From contig OY970350.1 of the NCBI GenBank assembly GCA_963718045.1, positions 1 to 32,000 of the forward strand: a DNA stretch of 32,000 bases, in the 5' to 3' direction. The stretch comes from Candidatus Saccharimonadota bacterium (GTDB taxonomy: Bacteria > Patescibacteriota > Saccharimonadia > Saccharimonadales > UBA4665). This document shows positions 1-9,781 of this stretch, piece by piece. Position 1 is the stretch's first letter, and each line of letters starts with the position of its first letter. Made by a program: the position numbers and the translations under genes. Under the pieces are notes generated by a model. The model was not told where the DNA came from. It searched no databases and saw nothing but the letters and a program-made list of their open reading frames with translations.

Positions 1-288
1 CTAGATGAAATACCACAGCTATTTAGCATTGTTAAAGGAGATATTAGTTTAGTAGGCCCTAGGGCACTTGATACCTTTGAACTTGAGAAATATTCTAAAA
101 AGAACCTGATTTTAGCAGTTAAGTCCGGTTTAACTGGATTAGCCCAGATATCCGGCAGAAGAGATTTAAGTTTTGAAGAAAAAAGACGTATCGACCTATA
201 TTACGTCCAGAACTGGAGCTTCTGGGGAGATATTATTATCCTTATTAAGACTGTCTGGGTTGTACTGTTTCATAAAGGAGCAGCATGA
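1..288 (+). CDS. Polyprenyl-phosphate glycosylphosphotransferase (bacterial sugar transferase family), C-terminal fragment; 5' end lies outside the window
   Basis: Frame 1 is open from base 1 to TGA at 286-288. The translation LDEIPQLFSIVKGDISLVGPRAL...KSGLTGLAQISGRRDLSFEEKRRIDLYYVQNWSFWGDIIILIKT matches the conserved C-terminal catalytic core of WbaP/PssY-type initiating transferases. Not in the ORF track because it lacks a start. Confidence 0.85.
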   Translation, partial: LDEIPQLFSIVKGDISLVGPRALDTFELEKYSKKNLILAVKSGLTGLAQISGRRDLSFEEKRRIDLYYVQNWSFWGDIIILIKTVWVVLFHKGAA

Positions 289-1382
289 AAGTAGCCATTG
301 TTTGTGACTGGCTACTTGGTATCGGTGGATCTGAGAGAGTAGTTCTAAGCCTTCATGAGATGTTCCCTGATGCCCCAATATATACCTCTCAATATAACCG
401 AAAAGATATACCATGGTTTGATAACGCCGATATTAGAACTACCTGGCTTCAGAAGCTGCCTCCCAGTCTAAAAAAGTTCTTGCCACTACTTCGGGCTTAT
501 ACTTTCAGCCGACTTGATCTAAGTGAGTATGATCTTGTTATATCTTGCACGGGGGCTGAGGCTAAGGGTGTTAAAACCGGACCAAATACTGTTCACATTT
601 GTTATTGCTATGCACCGACCCATTACTACTGGACAAGACAGGAAGAGTACCACAAGAATCCTGGCTTCCCACTAGGTTTAAACTGGTTGGCACGGCTGGG
701 CTTAAGAATATTTGAGACTCCCCTCAAGCAGTGGGATAAGCACGCCGCTAAACAGCCGGATTATTTTATCACCCTCTCTACCTACTCTCAAGACAACATT
801 AAGAAATACTATAACCGCGAGTCAATAATTATCTACCCACCGGTAGATGTCGAGAGATTTAAACTAAAGGGTAAACCACTTTCAAGACACGGTTTAGTTA
901 TTGCCGGTAGGCAAACACCATATAAACGATTTGATCTGGCTATTGAAGCTTGTAATAAACTAAGGGTACCTTTAATTGTTATTGGTAATGGTCCAGACCA
1001 TAGACGACTAGAAAAGATGGCTAGACGAACTATAACCTTTTTAACAGGTGTTAATGATCTTAGTATTGTTGAACACTTTCAATCATCCCTAGCTTTTATT
1101 TTCCCTAACGCCGATGATTTTGGCATTGTGGCGGTTGAAGCCCTAGCCGCTGGCACACCGGTTATCGCTTTCAAAAGAGGTGGCGCTATGGACTACATTG
1201 AAGACGGAAAGAATGGCGTCTTTTTTGAAAGACAAACAGTTTCGAACTTAACTAAGACAATTGAGTCCGCACTTAATAAGAAGTTTGATTACCAATATAT
1301 ATCTAAGTCCGTTAATAAGTTCTCGCCTGACCGGTTTAAAAAAGAAGTTGAGCAATATATAAAGAAAGTGAACGTTAGATAG
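285..1382 (+). CDS. Glycosyltransferase, GT-B fold, family 4 (group 1)
   Basis: ATG at 285 follows AAGGAG (275-280) and overlaps the upstream stop (ATGA). The C-terminal half has the GT4 signature FPNADDFGIVAVEALAAGTPVIAFKRGGAMDYIEDGKNGVFF (EX7E-type). Confidence 0.85.
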   Translation: MKVAIVCDWLLGIGGSERVVLSLHEMFPDAPIYTSQYNRKDIPWFDNADIRTTWLQKLPPSLKKFLPLLRAYTFSRLDLSEYDLVISCTGAEAKGVKTGPNTVHICYCYAPTHYYWTRQEEYHKNPGFPLGLNWLARLGLRIFETPLKQWDKHAAKQPDYFITLSTYSQDNIKKYYNRESIIIYPPVDVERFKLKGKPLSRHGLVIAGRQTPYKRFDLAIEACNKLRVPLIVIGNGPDHRRLEKMARRTITFLTGVNDLSIVEHFQSSLAFIFPNADDFGIVAVEALAAGTPVIAFKRGGAMDYIEDGKNGVFFERQTVSNLTKTIESALNKKFDYQYISKSVNKFSPDRFKKEVEQYIKKVNVR

Positions 1383-2815
1383 TGAAAGTCAATGGCAATA
1401 TTTTTAGAGGTTATGATCTACGTGGATTGGTTGGTGAGGACTTGAGTCCAAAGTTGGCTTTACATCTTGGGAAGGCTTATGGAACTTATCTAAAACGACA
1501 TGGTCAAAGCAAAGCTATTGTTGGTAGGGATTGCCGGGAAACAGGGCTAATATACGCTAAGAATCTTATTGAGGGTCTAAGGTGGGCCGGTATAGATGTT
1601 ATAGACATCGGCATGCAGCTTGTAGGAACCTTTTATTGGGCCCAGTATCATTTAAAATCTCCAGCAGGTGTATATGTTAGCGCCTCGCATAATCCACCCC
1701 AGTATAATGGCTTTAAATTTGCCAATGATTATTCCGAAACATTAGTAACAGATGGCATGATAGAGCTTAGACGTCTGGTTGAAAATGAAGACTATGATCA
1801 GGCTGAAAAACAAGGTAGTTTCAATGAAAAAGATATCAGACCAGCCTATATAAAAGACATACTAACTCGCTTACCTATTCATAAACATTTCAAGGTTGTC
1901 ATTGATCCGGGCTGCACTACCGCTGGCAGCATTGCACCAGAACTGTTTAAAGCAGCTGGCTGCGAGGTTATTGAATATAACACCAAGGTTGATCCTACCT
2001 TCCCTCTTGGTGTTGCCGATCCGACAGAAACACGGGTTGTTGAGCGCCTGCAAAAAGAGGTTCTTGAAAGCAAGGCAGATATTGGCTTTACCTACGATGC
2101 TGATGGAGACCGTATCGGCATAGTTGATGACAAAGGCAATATTATTTGGAACGATATGCTGGTTGCTATATTTGCAATGGATGTACTCCGTGATCATCCG
2201 GGGGCTAAGATTATGTATAACATTCTATGTTCCCAAGCCGTCCCTCAGACTATTACTAAATACGGCGGACAGCCTTATATGTGGCGGGTGGGACATTCTT
2301 TCTTAAAGAAAAAGAACCAGGAAGTAAAAGCAGCATTTATTGGTGAGTTATCTGGGCATTTCTTTTTCTCGGCTGACTTTTATAACCATGACGATGGCCT
2401 TTATTCTAGCCTTAGGCTATTACAGGCAATCGAAAGATCTAATAAGAAGCTGTCTGAACTTATTGCTGAACTACCCCAGTATGTTTCTAGCCCTGAGATT
2501 AAAGTATTTTGTTCAGACGATGACAAAAAGGACGTTATTGCTAAGATAGCTAAGATTCTGAAGAAAAACTATTCAGATGCTGAAATTATTGATGATGAGC
2601 GTGCTGGTGACGGTATCAGATTAGATCTTAAGGGTGGCATGTTTGTGATTAGATATTCTCAAAATGGACCATACTTGACCATAAAGATCGAAGGTAAAGA
2701 TGAATCTACCTATGAAAAGTTAAGAATAGATATTAATAAACTTCTGCACGAGTTTAAGGAAATAGACTGGGAGTCAGATATTAGTGCAAATGTTGAAGCG
2801 CTAACAAAAGGCTAG
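1382..2815 (+). CDS. manB: Phosphomannomutase/phosphoglucomutase (alpha-D-phosphohexomutase)
   Basis: GTG start overlaps the upstream stop by 1 nt. N-terminal IFRGYDLRG, catalytic phosphoserine loop VSASHNPPQYNGFKF, metal-binding loop FTYDADGDRIGIVD and sugar-binding GELSGHFFF are present. The IFRGYDLRG type N-terminus fits PMM/PGM rather than GlmM. The symbol is assigned from context (adjacent manC) and is not certain. Confidence 0.8.
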   Translation: MKVNGNIFRGYDLRGLVGEDLSPKLALHLGKAYGTYLKRHGQSKAIVGRDCRETGLIYAKNLIEGLRWAGIDVIDIGMQLVGTFYWAQYHLKSPAGVYVSASHNPPQYNGFKFANDYSETLVTDGMIELRRLVENEDYDQAEKQGSFNEKDIRPAYIKDILTRLPIHKHFKVVIDPGCTTAGSIAPELFKAAGCEVIEYNTKVDPTFPLGVADPTETRVVERLQKEVLESKADIGFTYDADGDRIGIVDDKGNIIWNDMLVAIFAMDVLRDHPGAKIMYNILCSQAVPQTITKYGGQPYMWRVGHSFLKKKNQEVKAAFIGELSGHFFFSADFYNHDDGLYSSLRLLQAIERSNKKLSELIAELPQYVSSPEIKVFCSDDDKKDVIAKIAKILKKNYSDAEIIDDERAGDGIRLDLKGGMFVIRYSQNGPYLTIKIEGKDESTYEKLRIDINKLLHEFKEIDWESDISANVEALTKG

Positions 2816-3861
2816 CTTTGTTTCTCTTGGTTGATCCTCTTGCTTATTTCACCTACTTTTGGGGATAAGTCTTTACGGGCGACCAGTATTCCTTCAGGAG
2901 TGTTAATAACAACTACGTTATTTAGCCCAATTACAGCTATTGGCTTGTTTTCAGTGTTTTGAACCAGGCTGTTTTCTACCTCCTCAATCTCAATGTTACC
3001 CAGCAAGCTATTCCCCAGTTTATCACCGCCAATTGCTGTTGCCAGATCATTAAACGATCCCATGTCCATCCAGTCAAATGAGGCTTGGATTACTAATAGA
3101 TCTGGTACTTTTTCGATGAGTGCCGTATCTATCGGCTGAGATTCAAAACTAAGGTAGGTATTGTTATATTTCCCGTTAGTAGACTTATTAAGCTTATTAT
3201 AGTTTTCGTAAAGCTCTGGAGCGTACGACTGCATTGCTTTTTTAAAAGTATTCAGTGAACCAACAAAGTAGCCGCAGTTCCAAAGATAATTACCTGTCTT
3301 AAGATACGATCTAGCTGTTTCGAAATCTGGTTTCTCTTTGAATGACTTAACATGATAAGCAAAACTTTGATCCTGATTTTCAAGGAGTGCACCTTTTTCA
3401 ATATATCCAAAGGCTGTTGATGGGTAAGTTGGTTCTACTCCTAGTAAAACAATTTGGTTTTTCTTAGCGGATATAAACTTAGCAAGGTTAAAGCTATTAG
3501 AGAAACCTGCCAGATCTCTGACATAATGATCAGCATGAATTGAAGCTATTGGTTCATCTGGATTACACTTACCCTCAAGTCTTTGGAGTGCGGATACTAT
3601 GCAATTAGCTGTCCCTCTTCTGCCAGGTTCGCTAATTACATTGTTTTCTGGTAAGTCTGGGAGTTGCTCCATGACATGTTCAATATGACTATTTTCAGTT
3701 ACTACATAGATTTCTTGGCTGACTATCTTTGCACGTTCGTATGTTTGCTGGAGTAAAGATCTTGAGTCACCATTAATCTTAATAAGGTGCTTTGGATAAT
3801 TTGGAGTCGATAGAGGCCACAGCCGTGTACCTGAGCCACCGGCAATAATTATTACTGTCAT
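2812..3861 (-). CDS. manC: Mannose-1-phosphate guanylyltransferase (no PMI domain)
   Basis: MTVIIIAGGSGTRLWPLS nucleotidyltransferase P-loop, then the IHADHYV and GVEPTYPSTAFGYIE motifs typical of ManC/CpsB N-terminal domains. The ORF-track start at 3879 is a TTG. The ATG at 3861 gives the canonical N-terminus, so it is preferred. Confidence 0.85.
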   Translation of the reverse strand: MTVIIIAGGSGTRLWPLSTPNYPKHLIKINGDSRSLLQQTYERAKIVSQEIYVVTENSHIEHVMEQLPDLPENNVISEPGRRGTANCIVSALQRLEGKCNPDEPIASIHADHYVRDLAGFSNSFNLAKFISAKKNQIVLLGVEPTYPSTAFGYIEKGALLENQDQSFAYHVKSFKEKPDFETARSYLKTGNYLWNCGYFVGSLNTFKKAMQSYAPELYENYNKLNKSTNGKYNNTYLSFESQPIDTALIEKVPDLLVIQASFDWMDMGSFNDLATAIGGDKLGNSLLGNIEIEEVENSLVQNTENKPIAVIGLNNVVVINTPEGILVARKDLSPKVGEISKRINQEKQS

Positions 3862-3903
3862 CTTGATATATAATACCAACTTATCAAAAGATTGGCCTGC
3901 TGT

Positions 3904-3913
3904 TTGATATAAT
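3904..3913 (+). promoter_or_regulatory. Candidate extended -10 promoter (TTGATATAAT) for galE
   Basis: Exact 10-mer TTGATATAAT (TG-n-TATAAT) lies 23 nt upstream of the galE ATG in the divergent manC/galE spacer. The same 10-mer recurs at 6512 and 11502, also just upstream of plus-strand genes. Confidence 0.45.
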
Positions 3914-3936
3914 CGGTGTAATTAAAGAAAGTATTT

Positions 3937-4950
3937 ATGCCTAGGATACTGGTAATAGGTGGCGCAGGTTTTATTGGCTCCCATACTGTCCTTGCATTGG
4001 ACCATTCTGGTATGACACCAATTATACTGGATGATTTTAGCAATTCTGAAAGCTTTATTGTCGACCGGCTTAATGCTTTAACGAAAAAAAGGATTACCTT
4101 TTATGAGCAAAATTATCAAGATAAGGTTAAGCTAAAAGACATAATAAAAAAAGAGAAAGTTGATGGTGTCATACATTTTGCCGCATTTAAAGCGGTTGGC
4201 GAGTCTGTTGAAAACCCATTAAAGTATTATTTAAACAACGTTAATGGATTTGTAGATTTGTTACATGTAATGGATGAATGTGACATTAGAAATATAGTAC
4301 TATCCTCAAGCGCAGCAGTTTATGGGCTGCCCCCCACAGATAAGGTATCAGAAACTACTGACCGTAACCCTTCATCGCCCTATGGTTGGAGTAAGTATTT
4401 TGATGAGGTAATTTTGGAAGATGTTTGTCGAGCTAACTCTAAGCTCAACGCTATCGCTCTTAGGTACTTCAACGTTGTCGGCGCAGATCATACGGGTAAA
4501 TTAGGTGAACTCCCTAAAGGAAAGCCACAGAATCTACTACCCATAATAATAAAGGCTATTACTACTGATACTAAGCTGACCATTTTCGGTAACGATTATC
4601 CCACATTAGATGGAACATGCTTAAGGGATTACGTACATGTAGTTGACCTGTCTAAAGCACATGTTGCTGCCCTAAAACGATGTTTTAATAACACTGGTGG
4701 CTATTCAGTATACAATGTCGGTACTGGCAAACCTACCAGCGTAATGGAACTTATAAAGACATTTGAAAAAGTCAATAAAATAAAAGTGCCCTATTCTATT
4801 GGAGAACGGCGACCTGGTGATCCACCAGCATATTATGCTGTAACGGATAAAATTAGTAAGGAACTTCATTGGAAAGCTACAAAGAGCTTAGAAGATGCAG
4901 TACATGATGCTTGGAATTGGCAAAAAGCCTTAGACAATATATTAGATTGA
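3937..4950 (+). CDS. galE: UDP-glucose 4-epimerase
   Basis: ILVIGGAGFIGSH Rossmann motif, SSSAAVYG, catalytic SPYGWSKYF (YxxxK) and C-terminal GDPPAYYA, all typical of GalE. Length is 337 aa. Confidence 0.85.
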   Translation: MPRILVIGGAGFIGSHTVLALDHSGMTPIILDDFSNSESFIVDRLNALTKKRITFYEQNYQDKVKLKDIIKKEKVDGVIHFAAFKAVGESVENPLKYYLNNVNGFVDLLHVMDECDIRNIVLSSSAAVYGLPPTDKVSETTDRNPSSPYGWSKYFDEVILEDVCRANSKLNAIALRYFNVVGADHTGKLGELPKGKPQNLLPIIIKAITTDTKLTIFGNDYPTLDGTCLRDYVHVVDLSKAHVAALKRCFNNTGGYSVYNVGTGKPTSVMELIKTFEKVNKIKVPYSIGERRPGDPPAYYAVTDKISKELHWKATKSLEDAVHDAWNWQKALDNILD

Positions 4951-5415
4951 TTCCCGGCTTTTTAGTTTTTCAAACATTATTTTTCGCAAGAAAAAGCTCC
5001 ATAGCATTACTACTAGGATAGCGACCACTTCACCAATTAAATACTTAAGATGGAATTTGGAGACACATATCCAGAGAACTAATTCATTAATACCTAGCCC
5101 TGCTACACCAATGGCTGTAAATATCGTTAACTCAAGCTTAAAGAACTTACTTCTTGAAAATATCCATAAAACACTTAGAAGGTAATTGACTAAAGTAGCT
5201 ACTATAAACGCAATGAGTTCTGAGAATAAATAGTTGACACCTACCAGCGAGGTAAATACATATAAAAGAACTAGATTAACGACCGCCGAAAATCCTCCGA
5301 CAAATAAATACCTAACAAACTGCACTAAGCCATGATTAGTTCGTTTTTCAACAAAAAGTTTATTGACTAGGCTGGAGAAAGAATCGGCGTTAAATAATTT
5401 ATAAACTCTATCCAT
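4942..5415 (-). CDS. GtrA-family membrane protein (putative polyprenyl-phosphate-sugar flippase)
   Basis: Small protein with four predicted TM helices and the GtrA-type opening LVQFVRYLFVGGFSAVVNLVLLYVF. The ORF-track start at 5433 is GTG (13-nt overlap with the upstream gene); the ATG at 5415 is preferred, but the start is uncertain. The 3' end overlaps convergent galE by 9 nt. Confidence 0.75.
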   Translation of the reverse strand: MDRVYKLFNADSFSSLVNKLFVEKRTNHGLVQFVRYLFVGGFSAVVNLVLLYVFTSLVGVNYLFSELIAFIVATLVNYLLSVLWIFSRSKFFKLELTIFTAIGVAGLGINELVLWICVSKFHLKYLIGEVVAILVVMLWSFFLRKIMFEKLKSRESI

Positions 5416-5420
5416 ATTAT

Positions 5421-6464
5421 TTAAGATACCCACTTAAGAACACGAATCACTCCAAGTTTGGCAGCTTGCTTATGGGCTGATACATCCTTACGATTTTTAA
5501 TATCATCAAGATTATTGTGATAGTATTTATAAGCTTTCAGAAGCATGTCTTTATTATTTAGTGTTGGAGCCCATGATAATTCTTTTTTGATTCTTGTAGT
5601 ATCAAAAGTAAAGCTTTCGGCAATCATTTTATACTGATAAGGGCCAAGCGGTGATAACTTTAAAGCATAAGCTAACTTCATAAGCGGTATTGCAATCTCC
5701 CTTGGGAAGTTTGCTACCCGAGCTTTACTGCCAGATTTCTTAATCACATAATCATAGGCTTCTTTAAAGGTTGGCACGTCATCTGAACCAATATTCATAA
5801 CCATTGTCTTGTTATAATCTAAAGCTTTAAGGCAAGCATTTATTAAGTCTTTGGCATAAATGAATTGATAACGATTATCGCCGCCGCCGACAACCCAGAC
5901 TTTGCGATCTTCATCGATAAACTCGAATAAAATTGCTAGTAAGCCAAGACGACCAGAATCAATAATTGTCGGGCATCTAAATATAACACTATTAAAATCT
6001 TTATTATGTTTTAAGAGAATTTTTTCACCTTCCCACTTGGACTTACCATAGATTTCAACTGGCTCAGGTTTATCATCTTCAGTTACTGGTCGGTTAAAAT
6101 TTTTAGCCCACAAGCAATTGGAAGAAGTGAAAATAACTTTTTTGATGCCATACTCTTTAGCAAGTTCGGCGATGTTTTCTGTACCATCAACATTACTGGT
6201 CCATAGAAAATTTTTATCTTTTACCGCATGTGCTAGTATTGCCGCAATATGAAATATGGCATCGAATTTGTACTTCTTGGCTAGATCTTCCAGGGTTGCC
6301 ATGTTTCTTATGTCACCCTTTATACTAACTAAATTTTTGTGCTTATAAATGTCATTTTCTAGGTCAATCGACACACACTTAAAATTCCTGTTCAGAAGTT
6401 CGATTTTTAGCAATTCACCAAAAAATCCGGCACCACCTGTTAACAATACTGTCTTCGAGCTCAT
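5421..6464 (-). CDS. NAD-dependent epimerase/dehydratase (extended SDR)
   Basis: VLLTGGAGFFG Rossmann motif, FTSSNC and catalytic IYGKSKWEGE (YxxxK). Substrate not assignable from sequence. Confidence 0.8.
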   Translation of the reverse strand: MSSKTVLLTGGAGFFGELLKIELLNRNFKCVSIDLENDIYKHKNLVSIKGDIRNMATLEDLAKKYKFDAIFHIAAILAHAVKDKNFLWTSNVDGTENIAELAKEYGIKKVIFTSSNCLWAKNFNRPVTEDDKPEPVEIYGKSKWEGEKILLKHNKDFNSVIFRCPTIIDSGRLGLLAILFEFIDEDRKVWVVGGGDNRYQFIYAKDLINACLKALDYNKTMVMNIGSDDVPTFKEAYDYVIKKSGSKARVANFPREIAIPLMKLAYALKLSPLGPYQYKMIAESFTFDTTRIKKELSWAPTLNNKDMLLKAYKYYHNNLDDIKNRKDVSAHKQAAKLGVIRVLKWVS

Positions 6465-6511
6465 TTTCTACATTATACATTATCAAAACTATTATCGTTT
6501 CTAAAGAGTTC

Positions 6512-6521
6512 TTGATATAAT
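6512..6521 (+). promoter_or_regulatory. Candidate extended -10 promoter (TTGATATAAT) for the FAD-oxidoreductase/GT-C operon
   Basis: Exact TTGATATAAT ends 14 nt before the ATG at 6536 and there is no Shine-Dalgarno between, implying a very short leader. Confidence 0.4.
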
Positions 6522-6535
6522 GCATACTTGATAAT

Positions 6536-8143
6536 ATGAAGTCTGGAAAACAAACTGCGATTATTATTGGCGCTGGACCTGCTGGATTAACCGCAGCTTA
6601 TGAGCTACTCCACAAGACCGATATTAAGCCTATTGTCTATGAAGCAACCAATGATATAGGCGGTATTTCGAAGACTGTCAATTATAAGGGTAACAGAATT
6701 GATATTGGAGGGCATAGATTTTTTTCTAAGTCAGACCGTGTGATGGAGTGGTGGAATAATATATTGCCAATTCAAAAAGCTCCAAGTAATGTGTCTTTCA
6801 ACTTGAAATTTCAGGATAAATCAAGATTACTGATTGGCAGTGAGAAAGGTGTAGACCCAGATAAGACGGATGAGGTCATGCTTATTCGAAGCCGATTAAG
6901 TCGCATATACTACCTAGGTAAGTTCTTTAATTATCCAGTAACTTTGGAGCCTTCTACGATAAAAAATCTGGGTATGTGGCGAATCACCAAAATGGGGATA
7001 AGCTACATTAAGATTCGCATTAAACCTTGTAAAGAAGTATCGCTGGAAGATTTTTATATAAACCGCTTTGGTCGGGAATTATACAATACATTCTTTAGGG
7101 ATTACACTGAAAAAGTCTGGGGCGTACCCTGCTCCCAGATAGCTCCCGACTGGGGAGCGCAGCGGGTTAAGGGTTTATCGGTCACAAAGGCTATTACTCA
7201 CGCAATAAAGTCTACAATACCTAAACGTAAAAATTCCGATATTTCTCAAAAGGGTACAGAAACCAGTCTTATTGAATATTTTCTATACCCAAAGCTAGGC
7301 CCGGGCCAAATGTGGGAAACGGTTACCAAGATTGTCAAGAAAATGGGTGGCGAGGTTCATTTAAATCACGAAATAGTTAAAGTTCATGTCAAGAACAATA
7401 AAATTTCTGGTGTAACAGTAAGAGAGTATAAAACAGGTAAAACATCGTTAGTTGAAGGCGACTACTTCTTCTCTACTATGCCGGTCAAAGATCTGATTAA
7501 TGCTATTGATGGCGTTAAAGTACCTAGTAATACTAAAAGGGTTGCTAATGGCTTGCCGTATCGTGATTTTATAACAGTCGGGCTTTTGCTTAATAAACTC
7601 AAAATTAGCAACCAAACGGGACGAAAGACCAAGAATAATGTCGTACCTGATAACTGGATTTATATTCAAGAGCCAGGTGTTAAAGTTGGACGTTTACAGA
7701 TATTCAATAACTGGAGCCCCTATCTATTAAAGGACGAGGACAAGGTCTGGATCGGGATGGAGTACTTCGTTAACGAAGGTGACGAATTATGGTCTATGAA
7801 AGACGAAGATATGACTAAGCTTGGTGTTGAAGAGTTATCTAGTATTGGAATTATTGATGAGAAAGATGTAGTTGATAGAACTGTAATAAGAGTAAAGAAA
7901 ACTTATCCAGCATATTTTGGTACTTACGGAGAATTTGATAAAGTCCGTAACTTTGTTGATGGTTTCCCCAATCTATTCTTGGTAGGTCGAAATGGAATGC
8001 ATCGCTATAATAATCAGGATCATTCCATGCTAACTGCTATGACAGCAGTAGAGAATATTATTGAGGGACGTAAAGATAAAGATAATATTTGGGATGTCAA
8101 TGTTGAAAAAGAATACCATGAAACTAAAAGCTCTGATAAATAA
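6536..8143 (+). CDS. FAD/NAD(P)-binding oxidoreductase (Rossmann GR2/amine-oxidase-like; UDP-galactopyranose-mutase/protoporphyrinogen-oxidase superfamily)
   Basis: N-terminal dinucleotide-binding motif [17 protein letters not shown]...[11 protein letters not shown]...IDIGGHRFF and a C-terminal [15 protein letters not shown] motif. Exact activity unknown. Confidence 0.7.
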   Translation: MKSGKQTAIIIGAGPAGLTAAYELLHKTDIKPIVYEATNDIGGISKTVNYKGNRIDIGGHRFFSKSDRVMEWWNNILPIQKAPSNVSFNLKFQDKSRLLIGSEKGVDPDKTDEVMLIRSRLSRIYYLGKFFNYPVTLEPSTIKNLGMWRITKMGISYIKIRIKPCKEVSLEDFYINRFGRELYNTFFRDYTEKVWGVPCSQIAPDWGAQRVKGLSVTKAITHAIKSTIPKRKNSDISQKGTETSLIEYFLYPKLGPGQMWETVTKIVKKMGGEVHLNHEIVKVHVKNNKISGVTVREYKTGKTSLVEGDYFFSTMPVKDLINAIDGVKVPSNTKRVANGLPYRDFITVGLLLNKLKISNQTGRKTKNNVVPDNWIYIQEPGVKVGRLQIFNNWSPYLLKDEDKVWIGMEYFVNEGDELWSMKDEDMTKLGVEELSSIGIIDEKDVVDRTVIRVKKTYPAYFGTYGEFDKVRNFVDGFPNLFLVGRNGMHRYNNQDHSMLTAMTAVENIIEGRKDKDNIWDVNVEKEYHETKSSDK

Positions 8144-9773
8144 AATCTCTACCTACACTAAAAATAATCGAATTCGCATATGGACAGTTTTCGTTACATC
8201 ATTAATCTTGATTTTGCTTTCCTTGGTCTTGGCTTATCATATAAGACCTTACAACAGTGACGATGTATCCTGGCAGAACGCACTGCTAACCTGGCATCCT
8301 TTTAAGCACCAAACGCTATATTTAACTCCTGACACATGGGTAGCAAATGTTCCATTCTACATGCTGTTCAGCCACATCCTTGCACCCGGAAGAAGGGTTC
8401 TGCTAGCCGAAGGAGGCTTTTTTGCGGTCCTAAATTTCACAATTTATTTTTGGTCGGGACTATATTTTATTAAAAAACAGCATCGTAAAATTGATCTACT
8501 CTACCTATTGCCATTTTTGTGGCTTGCCAGTTTTGGATTTGCTTTAGCCAATTTATTTCTTAATACAAACTTGCGAAGCTTCGAAATAGGTCTATCTATA
8601 TTACTATTTGTGGCTATAGCCAAAATTTATCATGAGGAATTTGATCCTATGAGATCTTGGCTAACAAGGTTGGCCACGCTATTGGGCTGTTTTCTAGTGG
8701 GTCTTCTTATATACAATGACCCCTATTTTCTTTATCTAATAGTTATACCCGCTATTTTGCTTCTAATTTATCTTTACTATAAAAATCGTAGTGCCAGGCG
8801 ATCAATTTTAATTATGGCTGCTTGTTTTGTAATATCTGGTGTGGCCTATGAGATAATTCATAAAATTGGGACTACGGCTGGAATAGTTATCATACCGCAA
8901 CCAGCTATATTTGTTGCTTATGGTCAACTATTTTCACAGGTCGCTACGGCCATACAAAGCGTCTTAATAATATTCGGAGCGGATATAACTGGAAGGGTCG
9001 TATTAAATTTTGTCACTATCGTTTATTTGCTTAATCTATTTTTGTTAGCAATTGTCTCTTTTCAAGTAGTAAAGAATCTACGATTACGTTTTACCGATAA
9101 GTCTCTGGAGAAGAACGACTCGCAACTTTGGATGAGCTTCTTAGCGTTTGTGATAGTTTTCGCTCTGGCTGTTTACACATTCAGCAACCAGGCTATTAAT
9201 ATAGAAACCTATCGCTATTTAATAATTGTACCGTTTGTAGCGGTTATCTTATTAAGTATGGGCATCGGTCAATGGAGCAAAACTTTACGGTCAATTATCA
9301 GCATAGTTTTGGTGATAAGCATAATCGGTAATATAAGTGTATCTGTAGCAACTGCTAAAGGGCATGACTTAATTTTGATAAGCAACACCGATAAGGGCAA
9401 CTATCAAAATTTTGATCTAATAAGAGCTTTGGAGGCTAAAGGACTTAGTAAGGGCTATGCTCAGTACTGGGACGCTAATATAAATGCCTATCTATCTAAG
9501 GGCAAATTAGTTATCTTACCTATAGTTTGTACTCCTAGTAATACTTCTGAGCCTTATGATTGGTTTATTAATGCAAGCCTACTAAAGAAACCATCGGCTA
9601 GAACATTTTTAATAACTGATATAGGCAACGTCCCATCAAGTCCTATGTGCAGCTCGGAATCGCTTAGCCTTCAATTTGGCACGTCCACAAGCAGTTTTAT
9701 GATAGATAGCTATAAGGTATACGTTTATAATTACGACATCGCTTCTAAAATGAGTTCTGTTGGTTTGGAGTAA
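8094..9773 (+). CDS. Polytopic membrane protein, GT-C-like (putative extracytoplasmic glycosyltransferase)
   Basis: About 11-13 hydrophobic helices. The first predicted external loop carries an acidic pair ([17 protein letters not shown]). A soluble tail of roughly 150 aa follows ([27 protein letters not shown]...), as in ArnT/PMT/YfhO-type enzymes. Start is ambiguous: TTG 8061, or ATG 8094, 8100 or 8118. Confidence 0.5.
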   Translation: MSMLKKNTMKLKALINKISTYTKNNRIRIWTVFVTSLILILLSLVLAYHIRPYNSDDVSWQNALLTWHPFKHQTLYLTPDTWVANVPFYMLFSHILAPGRRVLLAEGGFFAVLNFTIYFWSGLYFIKKQHRKIDLLYLLPFLWLASFGFALANLFLNTNLRSFEIGLSILLFVAIAKIYHEEFDPMRSWLTRLATLLGCFLVGLLIYNDPYFLYLIVIPAILLLIYLYYKNRSARRSILIMAACFVISGVAYEIIHKIGTTAGIVIIPQPAIFVAYGQLFSQVATAIQSVLIIFGADITGRVVLNFVTIVYLLNLFLLAIVSFQVVKNLRLRFTDKSLEKNDSQLWMSFLAFVIVFALAVYTFSNQAINIETYRYLIIVPFVAVILLSMGIGQWSKTLRSIISIVLVISIIGNISVSVATAKGHDLILISNTDKGNYQNFDLIRALEAKGLSKGYAQYWDANINAYLSKGKLVILPIVCTPSNTSEPYDWFINASLLKKPSARTFLITDIGNVPSSPMCSSESLSLQFGTSTSSFMIDSYKVYVYNYDIASKMSSVGLE

Positions 9774-9781
9774 GCCACAAT

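Noticed and set aside
8061-8093. N-terminal extensions implied by the ORF track at 8061, 3879 and 21292
   Set aside because: These track starts are TTG codons. Downstream ATGs give canonical N-termini (manC MTVIIIAGGSG) or have a perfect SD (wzt AGGAGG-6 nt-ATG at 21274), so the shorter models were preferred.
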